Source: Heterodontus francisci (taxonomy: Eukaryota). From it: 64,000 nt of DNA. The stretch is taken from NCBI RefSeq assembly GCF_036365525.1, contig NC_090415.1, positions 9,052,001 to 9,116,000 of the forward strand. Direction: 5' to 3'. How positions within the stretch are numbered: position 1 is the first letter of the stretch; every line of letters begins with the position of its first letter. The notes under the pieces were generated by a model. It worked only from the letters and a program-made list of their open reading frames with translations. It ran no database searches and was not told the DNA's origin. The translations under genes and the position numbers were made by a program. Shown piece after piece: positions 13,010-25,729 of this stretch.

Positions 13010-13240
13010 TCTCCGAGAAACCGACAAAATTCTAACAGGACTGGACAGACTAGATGTAGGAAGGATGTTCCTGATGGCGGGGGAGTCCAGGACCAGGGGT
13101 GACAGTCTAAAGATAAGGGGTAAGACATTTAGGACTGAGATGAGGAGGGATTTCTTCACCCAGGGAGTGGTGAACCTGTGGAATTCTCTACCACAGAAAT
13201 GAGTTGAGGCCAAATTATTAAGTAAATTCATAAAAGAGTT
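13010..13240 (+). mobile_element. CR1 ORF2 C-terminal fragment
   Basis: ETDKILTGLDRLDVGRMFLMAGESRTRGDSLKIRG..RRDFFTQGVVNLWNSLP. Confidence 0.85.
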
Positions 13241-13367
13241 TGTACTACTGGATTCGGGCATTTAGATGCTCATCAGATGAAATGCATTTTAATTTCCTCT
13301 TATATTTGTAAGGCTTTTTTTAAAAAACAGTACTACCTTTTAGGGCCAAACAGTGATGAACACCGCA

Positions 13368-13680
13368 AACTCACAGCCCCAGCGACCCGGGTTCAGTTCT
13401 GGGGACTGCCTGTGCGGAGTTTGCAAGTTCTCCCTGTGACCGTGTGGGTTTCCACCAGGTGCTCCGGTTTGCTCCCACAGCCAAACACTTGCAGGTTGAT
13501 AGGTAAATTGGCCATTGTAAATTGCCCCCAGTGCAGGTAAGAGAATTGAGGGAAGAATTGAGGGAATGTTGCAGGCAATATGGGATTAATATAGGAAGAG
13601 TATTAATGGGTGGTTGATGATCGGTACACACTCGGTGGGCCGAAGGACCTGTTTCAGTGCTGGATCTCCCTATGTACTAC
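13368..13680 (+). mobile_element. V-SINE
   Basis: CTCACAGCCCCAGCGACCCGGGTTCAGTTC, V-domain, tail GGGCCGAAGGACCTGTTTCAGTGCTG. Confidence 0.85.
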
Positions 13681-13719
13681 TAAAGCGTGACTTTAGTTCT
13701 AAAATGATCGCCGCTTATT

Positions 13720-13840
13720 TCAAAAGGGATCAAGGAAGACGCGGACAAAGCGAGAACAGGGTACTGAGTTTGGATGATCAGCCATGATCGTATTGACTGG
13801 CGGTGCAGGGTGGAAGCGCCGAATGCTCCTGTTCCTATCT
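13720..13840 (+). mobile_element. CR1 3' UTR remnant
   Basis: GGATGATCAGCCATGATCGTATTGACTGGCGGTGCAGG..GCTCCTGTTCCTAT. Confidence 0.6.
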
Positions 13841-14151
13841 TTCGATATTTCTATTAAGTTGGTCATTCGGCCCGTCGTGTCGCGGCCGGATCTCAGCAAG
13901 ACCAGCTCACCTCGTCCCACCGACCCGCCTTTTCTCCATTGCTCTGCAGTTTTGTTTTATTCTTGATATAATTATCCAATTCTGTTTTCAGGGTCTCGAT
14001 TGAATCTGCCCCCAACACACTCGATGTTATTCCTCTCCAATTTCAGATATTTCTGAAGGAATGGGAATATTCTTGCATGACTCACTTTTAACCAGTAGAT
14101 GGCATCAGTCTACAATCATTTGGATCTTGTGATTTGTGTACACACATATCG

Positions 14152-14244
14152 ACCGCAATGGGTCTGCTGCTGCCCGGGGAGTTCTCCAAGCACGCCGCCT
14201 TGGCAGGGACAAAAACACTGACGAATTATCCCAGTTCCTTGTAA
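14152..14244 (+). pseudogene. Histone H2B C-terminal remnant
   Basis: Reads TAMGLLLPGEFSKHAALAGTKTLTNYPSSL* against H2[31 protein letters not shown]; no 5' part; decayed 3'UTR follows. Confidence 0.8.
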
Positions 14245-14332
14245 ATCTCCAGAGTGTACAAAAATAAAACACGGAGCGCAACATCTCTTTAAATTCGCCT
14301 TCAGCTTCTTTGAAACAACTGCCCTGAAAAAA

Positions 14333-14425
14333 AAACTGACCCTGCCCGGAACTGAGTTTGACATCAGATAACACAACGGCTCTTCAAAGAGACATCAAAT
14401 TGGCAAAAGATAGAGCTGTTATCTC
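14333..14425 (+). pseudogene. Orphan histone H3 3'UTR with degenerate stem-loop and HDE; coding region absent
   Basis: AACTGACCCTGCCCGGAACTGAGTTTGACATCAGATAACACAACGGCTCTTCAAAGAGAC matches the H3 3'UTR at 26323-26382. Confidence 0.8.
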
Positions 14426-14832
14426 TTGTTGATTCCAGCACATAAACGTCTCAGAAGGATTTGACCACCCTCTTTCCTATCCACTGATAACTCTCGAAGC
14501 AGAGTGACCCAGATTCCTTTGTCTCCATATTGCAGCTGGGAATTTCAGGACCTTACAGTTCGCAGTGTGAGAGCAGTGACACCATTGTATACAAGTCATT
14601 TTATCAGAGTAGCTCATTTTAGAACTCAAGACACGCCTTAGTGGTATATAAACGGTAGAATTGTAAAAAAAAAAGCCTTATAAATATGGCAAGAGAAAAT
14701 TAAAATGCATTCCATCTGATGAGCAGATAAATGCTTGACTCCAGTACAATTCATACCAACACAAAATAACGCGAACAGTATAACATTACCGTCTCTCAGA
14801 CAGTAACCAGCCCTTTCACAGATGAAGTGGGT

Positions 14833-14848
14833 GGCTCTGAAAAGAGCC
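14833..14848 (-). terminator. Histone 3' stem-loop (H2A copy 1)
   Basis: GGCTCTTTTCAGAGCC followed by ACCCA and a purine-rich HDE GAAAGGGCTG. Confidence 0.95.
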
Positions 14849-14878
14849 TTTGGGTTGACAAATTCAGGTCTGGCAGCT

Positions 14879-15515
<637 letters not shown>

Positions 15516-16208
15516 TATATTGGGGCGGCTTCAATATAAAATATCACATTTCTAGTTCTTTTTTTACGGTTAAATAAATAAAACCTTTTTCATATTGTGT
15601 TATTCTACATTTGGTAACAAGTTCCAGATTGGCTTTTACATTCTGACATCTATTCGGGTTTACTCTCTGTCCTTTTTGAAACCAGCGGGCAGAAAGTCTC
15701 TTTCACAACATTCTCCAACCGGGCACATTTCATGTCAATTTTCATAATAATACCGCATCACTGATGAACGATTGTTTGTTATTCGTGGAAGACAACAGCG
15801 GAGTGTAGATTTTCAGTGTCAGGTGTCAGCGTGTGAGGAGGGTTCCGACACCACCGGGGGGTTCTAGATAATGTAATTATTAATTTTTGAGGTCAAACTT
15901 GAACTAGGGAAATAAGTGACTGCGAACTGATGTATGTGCGTTAAATCAGCTTTTATTGTCGAAATACAGAAAAGGGGCCGAATATGAACACGTCCGAGAA
16001 CAAACCTCACAAATGGTCAGTGGCCAGTAATTTATGTACGGGACATTATTAGTTGGAGACAGAAAGATCGCACGGGCAGTGAAACTGCATTAACCAGAAT
16101 CTATGGGAGTAAAACAGAGATCACAAAGGCAAGGACACTTGATATATAAATCAATATAAGTCGACACTACACAGACAATGTTGTAGCTTTTTCAGAGAAG
16201 TTGTGGGT

Positions 16209-16224
16209 GGCTCTTAAAAGAGCC
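16209..16224 (-). terminator. Histone 3' stem-loop (H2B copy 1)
   Basis: GGCTCTTTTAAGAGCC ACCCA. Confidence 0.95.
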
Positions 16225-16263
16225 TTTTTGTGTTTTGGGTGTGTTTCAGTACATTGCGGATAT

Positions 16264-16644
16264 TTACTTGGAGCTGGTGTACTTGGTGACCGCCTTTGTA
16301 CCTTCCGACACGGCGTGTTTGGCCAGCTCCCCGGGCAGCAGCAGGCGCACGGCGGTCTGGATCTCCCGGGAGCTGATGGTGCTGCGTTTGTTGTAATGGG
16401 CCAGGCGGGAAGCCTCACCCGCGATTCGCTCGAAAATATCATTCACAAACGAATTCATGATGCTCATGGCCTTGGAGGAGATGCCGGTGTCAGGGTGAAC
16501 CTGCTTCATCACTTTGTACACGTAGATGGAGTAACTTTCTTTCCTGGATTTTCTCCGTTTCTTGCTGCCCTTCACTGGCGCCTTCTTCAGAACTTTCTTG
16601 GCGCCCTTCTTGGAAGGTGCTGCAGTTTTCTTCTCGTCAACCAT
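16264..16644 (-). CDS. H2B: Histone H2B, 126 aa
   Basis: [45 protein letters not shown]; ATG at 16644. Confidence 0.97.
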   Translation of the reverse strand: MVDEKKTAAPSKKGAKKVLKKAPVKGSKKRRKSRKESYSIYVYKVMKQVHPDTGISSKAMSIMNSFVNDIFERIAGEASRLAHYNKRSTISSREIQTAVRLLLPGELAKHAVSEGTKAVTKYTSSK

Positions 16645-16697
16645 GATCACGATCAATTTCAGACACAGAATTACCGAAATTTCGCTCCAAGCTCGCA

Positions 16698-16830
16698 TTT
16701 TATAGACATCCCCAGAACCCTATGCAAATAAAGGATGGGAGAAGGCCATGTTCATGATTGGCTGGTTTACAATGATGTCACTGCCTGATGTTCTGTATCT
16801 ATCTGACTGGGTATCTAAAGCAACCAATCA
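16698..16830 (-). promoter_or_regulatory. H2B promoter: TATA, octamer, CCAAT
   Basis: TATAAAA at 16698-16704, ATTTGCAT at 16722-16729 (the H2B-specific Oct-1 site), CCAAT at 16757-16761. Confidence 0.85.
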
Positions 16831-17214
16831 CATTTTGTGCTTCTCACAGTCACAAACTGTCGCAGCAGTCAGATCGTCCAAACCCCTTTGCCGGCCCTTA
16901 TCCATCTACATCAGTGACTTGCTGAGTCCCTCTTCCTCATCAACCATTTCTATTTTGCTAGTACGAACTCGTCTCTTTTTTCACTCTACGTATAATTTCT
17001 CTATAGTTCCCTTCCTTATCAGGATGTAGCGCCCCTCTGCACTTCCGTCCATCAACAGGACCGAATCGTCCAGTATAGTGGGTGTCAGAGTGGGGCAAAT
17101 GCGAGCATTGAAGTGCAAGTCCTTATCTCCATGTAGCGTGCCAAATAAGGTTGGTCAGCTGCAGTCACAAGTAACCACATGAAAGATTTATATGACAGCA
17201 CTTCTGATATGTCT

Positions 17215-18275
17215 TCCTTTTTCCTCAACCGAGGATACCCTTGTCCTCACTTTCCACCCCATCAGCCTCCACATCCAAAGAATCATCCTCCGCCATTTCT
17301 GCCACCTCCAGCGTGATGCCACTACCAAATACATCTTCCCCTCCCTTCCCCTGTCAGCATTCCGAAGGGATCGTTCCCTCCGCGACACCCTCGTCCACTC
17401 CTCCATTACCCCCACCACCTTGTCCCCTTCCCACGGCACCTTCCGCTGCAATCACAGGAGGTGTAATGCCTGCCCCTTTACCTCCTCTCTTCTCACAATC
17501 CCAGGCCCCAAACACTCCTTTCGAGTGAAGCAGCGATTTACTTGCACTTCTTTCAATTTAGTATACTGTATTCACTGCTCACAAAGTGGTCTCCGCTACA
17601 TTGGGGAGACCAAACGCATACTGGGTGACCGCTTTGCACAACACTTCTGCTCAGTCTGAACGCATGACCCCGATCATCAGGTTGCTTGCCATTTCAACAC
17701 TCCCCCCTGCTCTCATGCTCATATCTCTGTCCTGGGATTGCTGTAGTGTTCCAGGGAACATCAACGCAAGCTCGAGGAACAGCATCTCATTTACTGATTA
17801 GGCACAATACAGACTGCCAGACTGAGCATTGAGTTCAATAATTTCAGAGCATGATGGGCCCCCCATTTTACTTTTATTTTTAGTTATTCTTTCTTATTTA
17901 TATTTATTTTTCTGTTTATTTTATATCATATTAGTTGGTACAGTTTGCTTACCCACTTTTTTTTCCATGTTGGTACTTGTGGCTATTCAAATTTCATCCA
18001 TTAACACCCTATCTGTACTAACGCTTTGTCTTTCAACACACCATTAACATAATGTTTGCCTTTGCTCCATGACCTTCTGTGACGTTGTCCTTTCTACACC
18101 TTCTCCTTTGTTATCTCGTGCCCCACCCCCGCTTTACTTGCTTAAAACATTTCACATTTCTAATATTTACCAGTTCTGAAGAAGGGTCACTGACCTGAAA
18201 TGTTAACTCTGCTTCTCGCTCCACAGATGCTGCCAAACCAGCTGAGTATATCCAGCATTTCTTGTTTTCATTATG
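17215..18275 (+). mobile_element. Penelope-like element 3' part: GIY-YIG endonuclease remnant and tail with hammerhead-like motif
   Basis: CNHRRCNAC..FTCTSFNLVYCIHCSQSGLRYIGETKRILGDRFAQH; absent from the paralogous site near 29080. Confidence 0.88.
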
Positions 18276-18769
18276 AAAGATTGAGATCGTGACCATTACA
18301 TATTTCTGGCTGAAACTAGGCGAGGCAAGGGAACTTATTATTACTGGCAACAAATATTCAGGAAAGATAGGTTTGAAAAATATGGAGGGTTGTGGAGTGG
18401 AAAGAGTTGATCAAATATAATATGATGACACTGACAGGGATGATGTTTCTGAGGTGTTAACAAAAGAATCTATTTGGTCATATATGCGGAATATGGCAGG
18501 AGGAAATGCATGGACATTCTGGGTCGTGAAATATTTGTCCTTCCCTGCCGGACATGTGAGTGTGGGTTTCATTCTGTGCCTGTCAGTATGTGATATTTAA
18601 CTGTGGCTTTTACTCCGTATCGGTCAATCTATGGTCAATGATTTGGTGATTTCGTTCATTAATTTGAATCTTCAATAGGTGATTCTGTTTTTTTTTAATT
18701 CTCCGTAACATTCAATTTCTAAATGGGTGATGATGGGTTTTGTTCTGTCCCAATGAGCTGCTACTTGTA

Positions 18770-19555
18770 ACAGAGAATGGTAGATCTGATTGAAATGTGT
18801 TAGATTTTGAGAGGCCTGGATAGAGTGGAGGTCAAGGGCCTATTTACCTTCGTAGAGAGGTCAGTGACTAGGGAACACAGACTTAAAGTGTTTGGTAGAA
18901 AGATTAGAGGGGAGATAAGGGAAAGTTTTCCCCACCTAGCAATGCAAAACTGGGCATTCATGAGGGTCTGTGGGCCATTCGGATTAATGTGTACAGTACT
19001 GGTCTCCTTATTTAAGGAATGGTTTAAATGCGTTGGAGGCAGTGCAGAGAAGGTTTACTAGGCTAATGCCTGGAATGGACGGGCTGTCTTACGAGGAAGG
19101 ATTGGACAAGCTAGGCTTGTATCCACTGGAATTTAGAAGAGTAAGATGTGACTTGATTGAAACATATAAGATCCTGAGGGGTCTTGACAGGGTGGATGTG
19201 GAAAGGATGTTTCCCCTTGTGGGAGAATCTATAACTAGGGGTCACTGTTTAAAAATCAGGGGTCGCAAATTTAAGACAGAGATGAGGAGATTTTTATTTT
19301 CTTTCGGAGGGTCGTGAGCCTTTGGAATTCTCATCCTCAAAAGGCAATATAAGCGGAGTCTTTGAATATTTTTAAGGCAGAGTAAATAGTTTCTTGACGA
19401 GCAAGGGAGTGGAGGATTACCGCGGTGGGGGGGGTGGGGGGGGGCGGTGGAAATGTGAAGTAATCAGTTCAGACTTAAACTTATTGAATGGCATGGCAGA
19501 GCAGGCTCGAAGGACCGAGTGGCCTACTCCTGATCATAATTCGTATGTTCGTACA
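18770..19555 (+). mobile_element. CR1 3' fragments (two joined)
   Basis: EAVQRRFTRLMPG..FRRVRCDLIETYKILRGLDRVD; tail GGCCTACTCCTG..TCGTATGTTCGTA. Confidence 0.85.
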
Positions 19556-19559
19556 TGAG

Positions 19560-20800
19560 GATCGAGTTACCAACAGCAGCAGAATTGTACTCAACTGCAA
19601 TCTGTAATCTCATGGCCCGGCAAATCCCCCACTCTGCCATTACCATCAAGGCAGGAGACCAAACGTGGTTCAATTAAGAGTACAGCAGGGCATGCCTGGA
19701 GCAGCACCCGGCATACCTCAAAATGAGGTGTCAACCTGGGGAAGCTACAACACAGGATTATTTGGGGGCCAAACTGCATAAGCAGCGTGCGATAGACAGA
19801 GCCAAGTGATCTCATAACCAACAGATCAGATCTAAACTCTGCAGTCTTGTCACATCCAGCCATGAATGGTGGTGCACAATTAAAAGACTAACTGAAGGAG
19901 GTGGCTCCACAAATACCCCATCTTCAATGATGAGGGAGCCCAACACATCAGTGCGAAAGATAAGGTTGAAGCATTTGCAACAATCTTCGCTCGAGGTGCC
20001 GAGTTGATGATTCATCTCAGACTCCTCCTGAATGCATCAGCTATTTCGATTCACTCCATGTGACATCAAGTAACGACTAAAGGCACTGGAGACTGCAAAG
20101 GCTCTGGGCTCCAACAATGTTCTGGCAATAGTTCTGAAGACCTATTCTCCAGAACTTGATCTGCCCCTAGCCAAGTTGTTCCAGTACAGCTACAACATTG
20201 GCATGTACCTGACAATGTGGAATATTCCCCAAGTATGTCTTTGACACCAAAAGCAGGTCATGTCCAAGCTGGACAATCAGCCCACTCTCAATCATCATAA
20301 AAGTGATGGAAGATGTCATCAACAGTGCCATCAAACGGCACTTGCTTTGTAATAACCTACTCAGTGACGCTCAGTTTGGGTGCGCCAGTGCCACTCAGCT
20401 CCTGACCACATTACAGCCTTAGTTCAAACATGGACAAAAGAGCTGAATTCAAGAAGTGAAGAGAAAGTGACTGGCCTTGACATCAAGGCAGCATTTGACC
20501 GAGTATGGCATCAAAGAACCCTTGCAAAACTGGGGTCAATGGGAATCAGTGGGAAAACTCTCCGCTGGCTGGAGTCATACCTAGCACAAAGGAAGATGGT
20601 TGTGGTTGTTCAAGGTCAATCATCTCAGCTCCAGGATTTCACTGCAGGAGTTCCTCAGGGTAATGTCCTCGGCCCAACCATCTTCAGCTGCTTCATCAAT
20701 TACCTTCTTTCAATCATAACGTCAGAAGTGGGGATGTTCACTGATGATTCTCCAATGTTCAGCATGATTCGTGACACCTCAGCTACTGAAGCAATCCGTG
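19560..20800 (+). mobile_element. Decayed RT of a second CR1/L2-group LINE family
   Basis: HSAPDHITALVQTW..LDIKAAFDRVWH..GVPQGNVLGPTIFSCFIN..MFTDD. Confidence 0.85.
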
Positions 20801-20902
20801 TCGAAAAGATGAAGCACTTGAGGAATATAAAGACAGTAGGAAGGAACTTAAGCAAGGAGTTAGGAGGGCTAAAAGGGGTCATGAAAAATCATTGGCAAGC
20901 AA

Positions 20903-21175
20903 TGGGCGCAGTGGTTAGCACCGCAGCCTCACAGCTCCAGCGACCCGGGTTCAATTCTGGGTACTGCCTGTGTGGAGTTTGCAAGTTCTCCCTGTGTCTG
21001 CGTGGGTTTCCTCCCACATGCCAAAGACTTGCAGGTTGATCGGTAAATTGGCCATTATAAATTGTCCCTAGTATAGGTAGGTGGTAGGGAAATATAGGGA
21101 CAGGTGGGGATGTGGTAGAAGTATGGAATTAGTGTAGGATTAGTATAAATGTGTGGTTGATGGTCGGCACAGACT
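20903..21175 (+). mobile_element. V-SINE, 3'-truncated
   Basis: GGCGCAGTGGTTAGCACCGCAGCCTCACAGCTCCAGCGACCCGGGTTCAATTC plus V-domain. Confidence 0.88.
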
Positions 21176-21964
21176 TATGATTATTGTGAAACTGGACGTC
21201 TCTCCTTCTTGAGAATGGGATGTCTAGGACACCTAGAAAAAAATATGGATGGAATGTAGGGACAGACAGGGCATAATTTGTATTTTCACCGTCAGGAATC
21301 ATGTTTGTGTGTGATCAATATAATAACATCAAAGCCGATATTGGTTTGAACACATTCAAAGCTGTGATTTGCTCTTGCCGTCGAACCTGATAAACAGACA
21401 ACATTCGCAGCGCCAGTCTCCGAGTGTTTAACACTTACTGAGTCTAGAAAATGCAAATACCCGCCGCGAATCCGCAGCACAGGCCGAGCGGAGGGGAAAT
21501 CCTGTCCTGGAAACGCTAAATTTAACGAACATTTCGGCCTGAGATTGTGTGGATGTGAATATTGTGGAAGAGAGTGTATTAAAGGGGCGGGCGCGTTAGT
21601 CTAATGCCACTGTGTTTGTGGGTCTGGTCTCATCGCCGGATTTCCGAATCCCTCTTGTGTAAAATAACAAGATTCTTCAGTCAAAGAAGCACTTTGCTCC
21701 CCTTCTAATCCTCAAAGTGGGAATTCAGTGTTGTTTGTTTGTTGATTTCAAGATTTTAGTCGAAAAGTATGGAACATGTCAGCGATCGGCTGAGAGAGAG
21801 TCATCAGTGCAGCAATGAAACGGGTTTCAGTCGAAAATGGAGTCTTTACTTCAAGTGAAACCTTTGTGACAGCAAACATTCTGATGTCAGAGACAGGAAG
21901 GATCTAGCCTGGGACTCTGGAATACCCGAATTTCAGTGGAATTGGAGAGTTTAGGACCAGAGAG

Positions 21965-22040
21965 AAACACAGAGAGGCAGCAGGAGCCGGGAGCTGACAG
22001 CAGTTTGTCTCCGCCCCGTCCGCTCACTGCCTTTAAGTTG
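21965..22040 (+). promoter_or_regulatory. H1 promoter: H1 (AC) box, GC box, TATA-like
   Basis: AAACACA at 21965-21971, CTCCGCCCC near 22009, TTTAAG near 22032. Confidence 0.65.
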
Positions 22041-22115
22041 CTCAGTGCCGCCACCACCAGCTTCATTTCTGACCCAGTTCTGGCTGACAGAGAGACTTTG
22101 TGCAGAGTCCTGGAC

Positions 22116-22793
22116 ATGACCGAGACTGCAGCCGCCGAAACGGCTCCTCCAGCCGCCGCCGCTCAAGTCAAGACTCCTAAGAAGAAGAAGGCGGCTCCTC
22201 GGAAAGGGTCAGGCGGTCCCAAGTTGGGCGAGCTGATCCTCAAGACTGTGGCGGAATGCAGTGTCCGCAGTGGGATGTCACTGCAGGCAATAAAGAAGGC
22301 TCTGCGTGTTAAAGGTGTCGATGTGGAGAAGAGCAAGTTCCAAATCAAGCAAAGTATCAAGCGGCTTGTGGCGAAAGACTTCCTGGTGCAGACGAAGGGC
22401 ACGGGGGCCTCCGGCACCTTCAAAATCGCGAAACAGGAAAAGAAGGGAAATGTGGTGAAGAAGACAGGAGCAGCCAAGAGATCTTTAGTGAAGAAAACAG
22501 CTGCCAAGAAACTGATCACAAAGAAAACAGCCAAAAAATCCCCAGGGAAGAAAATAGTCGCCAAGAAAGTGAGCAGCAAGAAGACAGCAGCCAAGAAAGT
22601 GAGCACCAAGAAGGCGGCAACGCCAAAGAAGGCGGTAAAGAAAGCAACGCTTCCAAAAAAATCTCCAGCGAAGAATGCCAAAAAAGCCAAGAGGGCCACG
22701 GGCGGAAAGCCGCCCAAGAAAGTTCAATCATCAAGGGGCGGGAAGAAGCCGAAAGCAGCAAAGGCTCAGAAAGCAGCCCCAAGAAAGAAGTGA
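22116..22793 (+). CDS. H1: Linker histone H1, 225 aa
   Basis: MTETAAAETAPP..; globular domain ..GMSLQAIKKAL..LVQTKGTGASGTFK; K/A/P-rich tail; stem-loop. Confidence 0.95.
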   Translation: MTETAAAETAPPAAAAQVKTPKKKKAAPRKGSGGPKLGELILKTVAECSVRSGMSLQAIKKALRVKGVDVEKSKFQIKQSIKRLVAKDFLVQTKGTGASGTFKIAKQEKKGNVVKKTGAAKRSLVKKTAAKKLITKKTAKKSPGKKIVAKKVSSKKTAAKKVSTKKAATPKKAVKKATLPKKSPAKNAKKAKRATGGKPPKKVQSSRGGKKPKAAKAQKAAPRKK

Positions 22794-22829
22794 GACAGCA
22801 CGGGAAACTTGTAGACATCTGAACCCAAA

Positions 22830-22870
22830 GGCTCTTTTCAGAGCCACCCACGTCTCTCAGGAAAGAGCTG
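22830..22870 (+). terminator. Histone 3' stem-loop and HDE (H1)
   Basis: GGCTCTTTTCAGAGCC at 22830-22845, ACCCA, AAAGAGCTG at 22862-22870. Confidence 0.95.
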
Positions 22871-23469
22871 ATCCCCCGATCAAATGATCCCTGTCCCGCA
22901 GTCGTGTGCACATTTCACCTAGAAATGATTTGAAGTAAATCCAAGTTCCCTGGTGACTCTCAACCCAGCCCTTCCTCACTCTCTGTAACCAATCAGGGAT
23001 GTCCGGGCCTCACTGTACCCGGGTATATGTTCGGTGAAGTCTCAGTTCATGCTCGTTTCAGGGTGACAGCCTGTAACACAGTAACACGGGCGAGATACCC
23101 CGCGTCACATCTCAAACCCCAATACATGATTTTGCATAATTCAGCTGGGGTTCGGTTTCAGTAAACTGCTCATTCCGTCTGGGAGGAGAGGTGTGCCGAA
23201 ACAGGTTGACTTGTGATCGGAAGCACTGCACTTAGGCTTGTATATTACTAACTTTTATTTGTTCCAGATCCGTATTTAGACCGCCGGTTTTTGTTATCAT
23301 TGGCGATAAAGGCCGAATCTCCATGTTTTATGCTGAGCTCTTATGTCGAGAACTGTTTTTTCTTGAATTGGTGGTTCGAGCAAGTGGGAGGCGGAGCGAG
23401 AGGATCAAAGACATTTCTCTGCTTTGTCTGTCACTCAGTTTCCTCCAGACCCGCCTCTGGCTCTCTGTC

Positions 23470-23505
23470 CCTTTCACAGTCAGGTCGGGGCAGGCTGTAT
23501 AAAAA
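23470..23505 (+). promoter_or_regulatory. H4 promoter: site II-like element and TATA
   Basis: CTTTCACAGTCAGGTCG then TATAAAA at 23498-23504. Confidence 0.65.
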
Positions 23506-23550
23506 GGCAGCAGAAACTGCTTGTTTCTCATTCAGAATCGGTTTGTCTGA

Positions 23551-23871
<321 letters not shown>

Positions 23872-23901
23872 ACAAATCCACCCTTTCTACCAAAAACAAA
23901 A

Positions 23902-23917
23902 GGCTCTTATAAGAGCC
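23902..23917 (+). terminator. Histone 3' stem-loop (H4), loop variant UAUA
   Basis: GGCTCTTATAAGAGCC ACCCA. Confidence 0.9.
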
Positions 23918-24084
23918 ACCCAAAACCTCATATAGAGATAACTGACCTCGAAACTGCAGCGGGGATGTCTTGGGATGTGAAATTGTTGCAGCTCATCCAA
24001 TGTTATGTGGACTTTATCAGATCAGTATTGCATTCTCTTATAGTCACTTTACGTGTCGCATATTTTTTCACTGTCTTCTTCTGT

Positions 24085-24425
24085 TCCATGCTTAATAACC
24101 GCGTCATGAATTAAAAGGTTGCATTTGATAATGTCCATTGCCGACCTGAACTGCCGGTAAAGATGTAGAAAAGGATTTGCTCCCGTTAGAGTAAGAAATG
24201 GCCGGAGCTTTATTCCCACCAGAGACCGAACAGGGAATGAATCCCTATTCAAACCGTGTTGGAAGACACAGAGGGGGATCTAGGGCGGAAAAAAATTATG
24301 CTAAAAGCACTGAGATTTTATAATCGTTCCCGCCAAATTAGATTTACTTTAATCTTTGCGTCGTTTACTAATTTGAAAATGGCGGGCTTTTTGAAATTGA
24401 TTCAATTTCAGTTGCAGTTCAACCG
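24085..24425. repeat. Duplicate of the H3 distal upstream region (about 25405-25737)
   Basis: Collinear match from CGCGTCATG..GGTTGCATTTGATAA to CAGTTGCAGTTCAACC. Confidence 0.85.
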
Positions 24426-25400
24426 GATGTTGCCGGGACTGGAAACAATGCAGCTATGAGGAAAGATTGAATGGTCCGTGGTTGTTTTCTGTGGCACAGA
24501 GAATGCTGAGGAGAGATCTGATTGAATTGGATAACATTTTGAGAGGCCTGGATAGAGTGTCGGTGAAGGGCCAATTTACCTTAATACAGAGGTCACTGAC
24601 TAGGGGTCAAAGACTGAAAGCGTTTGGTAGAATGATTAGAGGGAAGATGAGGACAAGGTTTTTTTTCCCTCTCATCTAGAGGATGGTGGGGGTCTGGAAC
24701 TCAATGTCTGAAAGGGTAGTTGAGGCAGAAATCTTCAAATGATTCAAAAGAAGTCTGGATATGCACCTCAAGTGCATATTCTACAGGATTACAGACCAAA
24801 TGCTGGCAGGTGGGATTAGAATGGGTGGAGAGCTTTCCGGCTGGCACAGACACGATGGTCCAAGTGGCTTCTTTCTGTGCCATAAACTTTCAATGATTTT
24901 CAGAAAAGAGAAGGCTGAGGGGGGACATGATTGAGGGATCCAAAATTATGAAGGTCATTGATAGGTTAGACAGGAGGAAACATTTTGTTTTCCCTCAGCG
25001 GAGGCATCAATAAGTAGGTAAGGGGCAGGAGGTTTAATGGAGATGTGAGGGGGAAAGAAACACTCATCATGTGGTTGGAATCTGGAACACACTGCCTGAA
25101 TAGGTGGCAGAGGCAGGAACCCTCACAACATTTAAGAGGTATTTAGATGAGCACTTGAAACGCCATAGCATACAAGAATACGGGCCAAGTGCTGGAAAAT
25201 GGGATTAGAATAGTTAGATGCTTGAAGAAATACTTGCAGGTTTATAGGTAAATTGCCCCCAGTGTAGGTAGATGGTAGGAGAATGGTGGGGATGCCGTAG
25301 GGAATATGGGATGAATGTAGGATTAGTATAAATGGGTGGTTGTTGGTCGGCACAGACTCGGTGGGCCGAAGGGCCTGTTTCTGTGCTGTGTAACTCCATG
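24425..25400 (+). mobile_element. Stacked CR1 3' fragments and a V-SINE 3' half
   Basis: RMLRRDLIELDNILRGLDRV..; second fragment from about 24900; SINE tail at 25235-25400. Confidence 0.75.
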
Positions 25401-25729
25401 ATTCGATGTTTAGTTATCGCGTCATGGATTGAACGGTTGCATTTGATAAAGTCCATTGACGACCTAAACTGCCGGTGAAGATGATGGATTTATTCCCGTT
25501 CGAGTAAGCAATGACCGGAGCTTTATTCCCGCCTGAGACCGAACAAGGAATGAACCCCAATTCAAACCGTGTTGGAAGAAACGGAGGTGGAATCGAGGGC
25601 CGAAAGATGAAGCTCCAAGCAATGAGATTTTATAATTGTTCCCGCCGAATTCGGTTTTATTTAATCTTTGAGTAGTTTGCTAATTTGAAATTGGGGGGCT
25701 TTTTGAAATTGATGAAATATCAGTTGCAG

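Noticed and set aside
12630-13202. 190-aa ORF as a novel gene
   Set aside because: The 3' third is a CR1 fragment, the rest is unrecognisable, and it has no ATG start.
20903-20965. tRNA genes at A-box/B-box motifs (also 9180, 13370, 38390)
   Set aside because: They are SINE heads continuing into the V-domain, with no complete cloverleaf.
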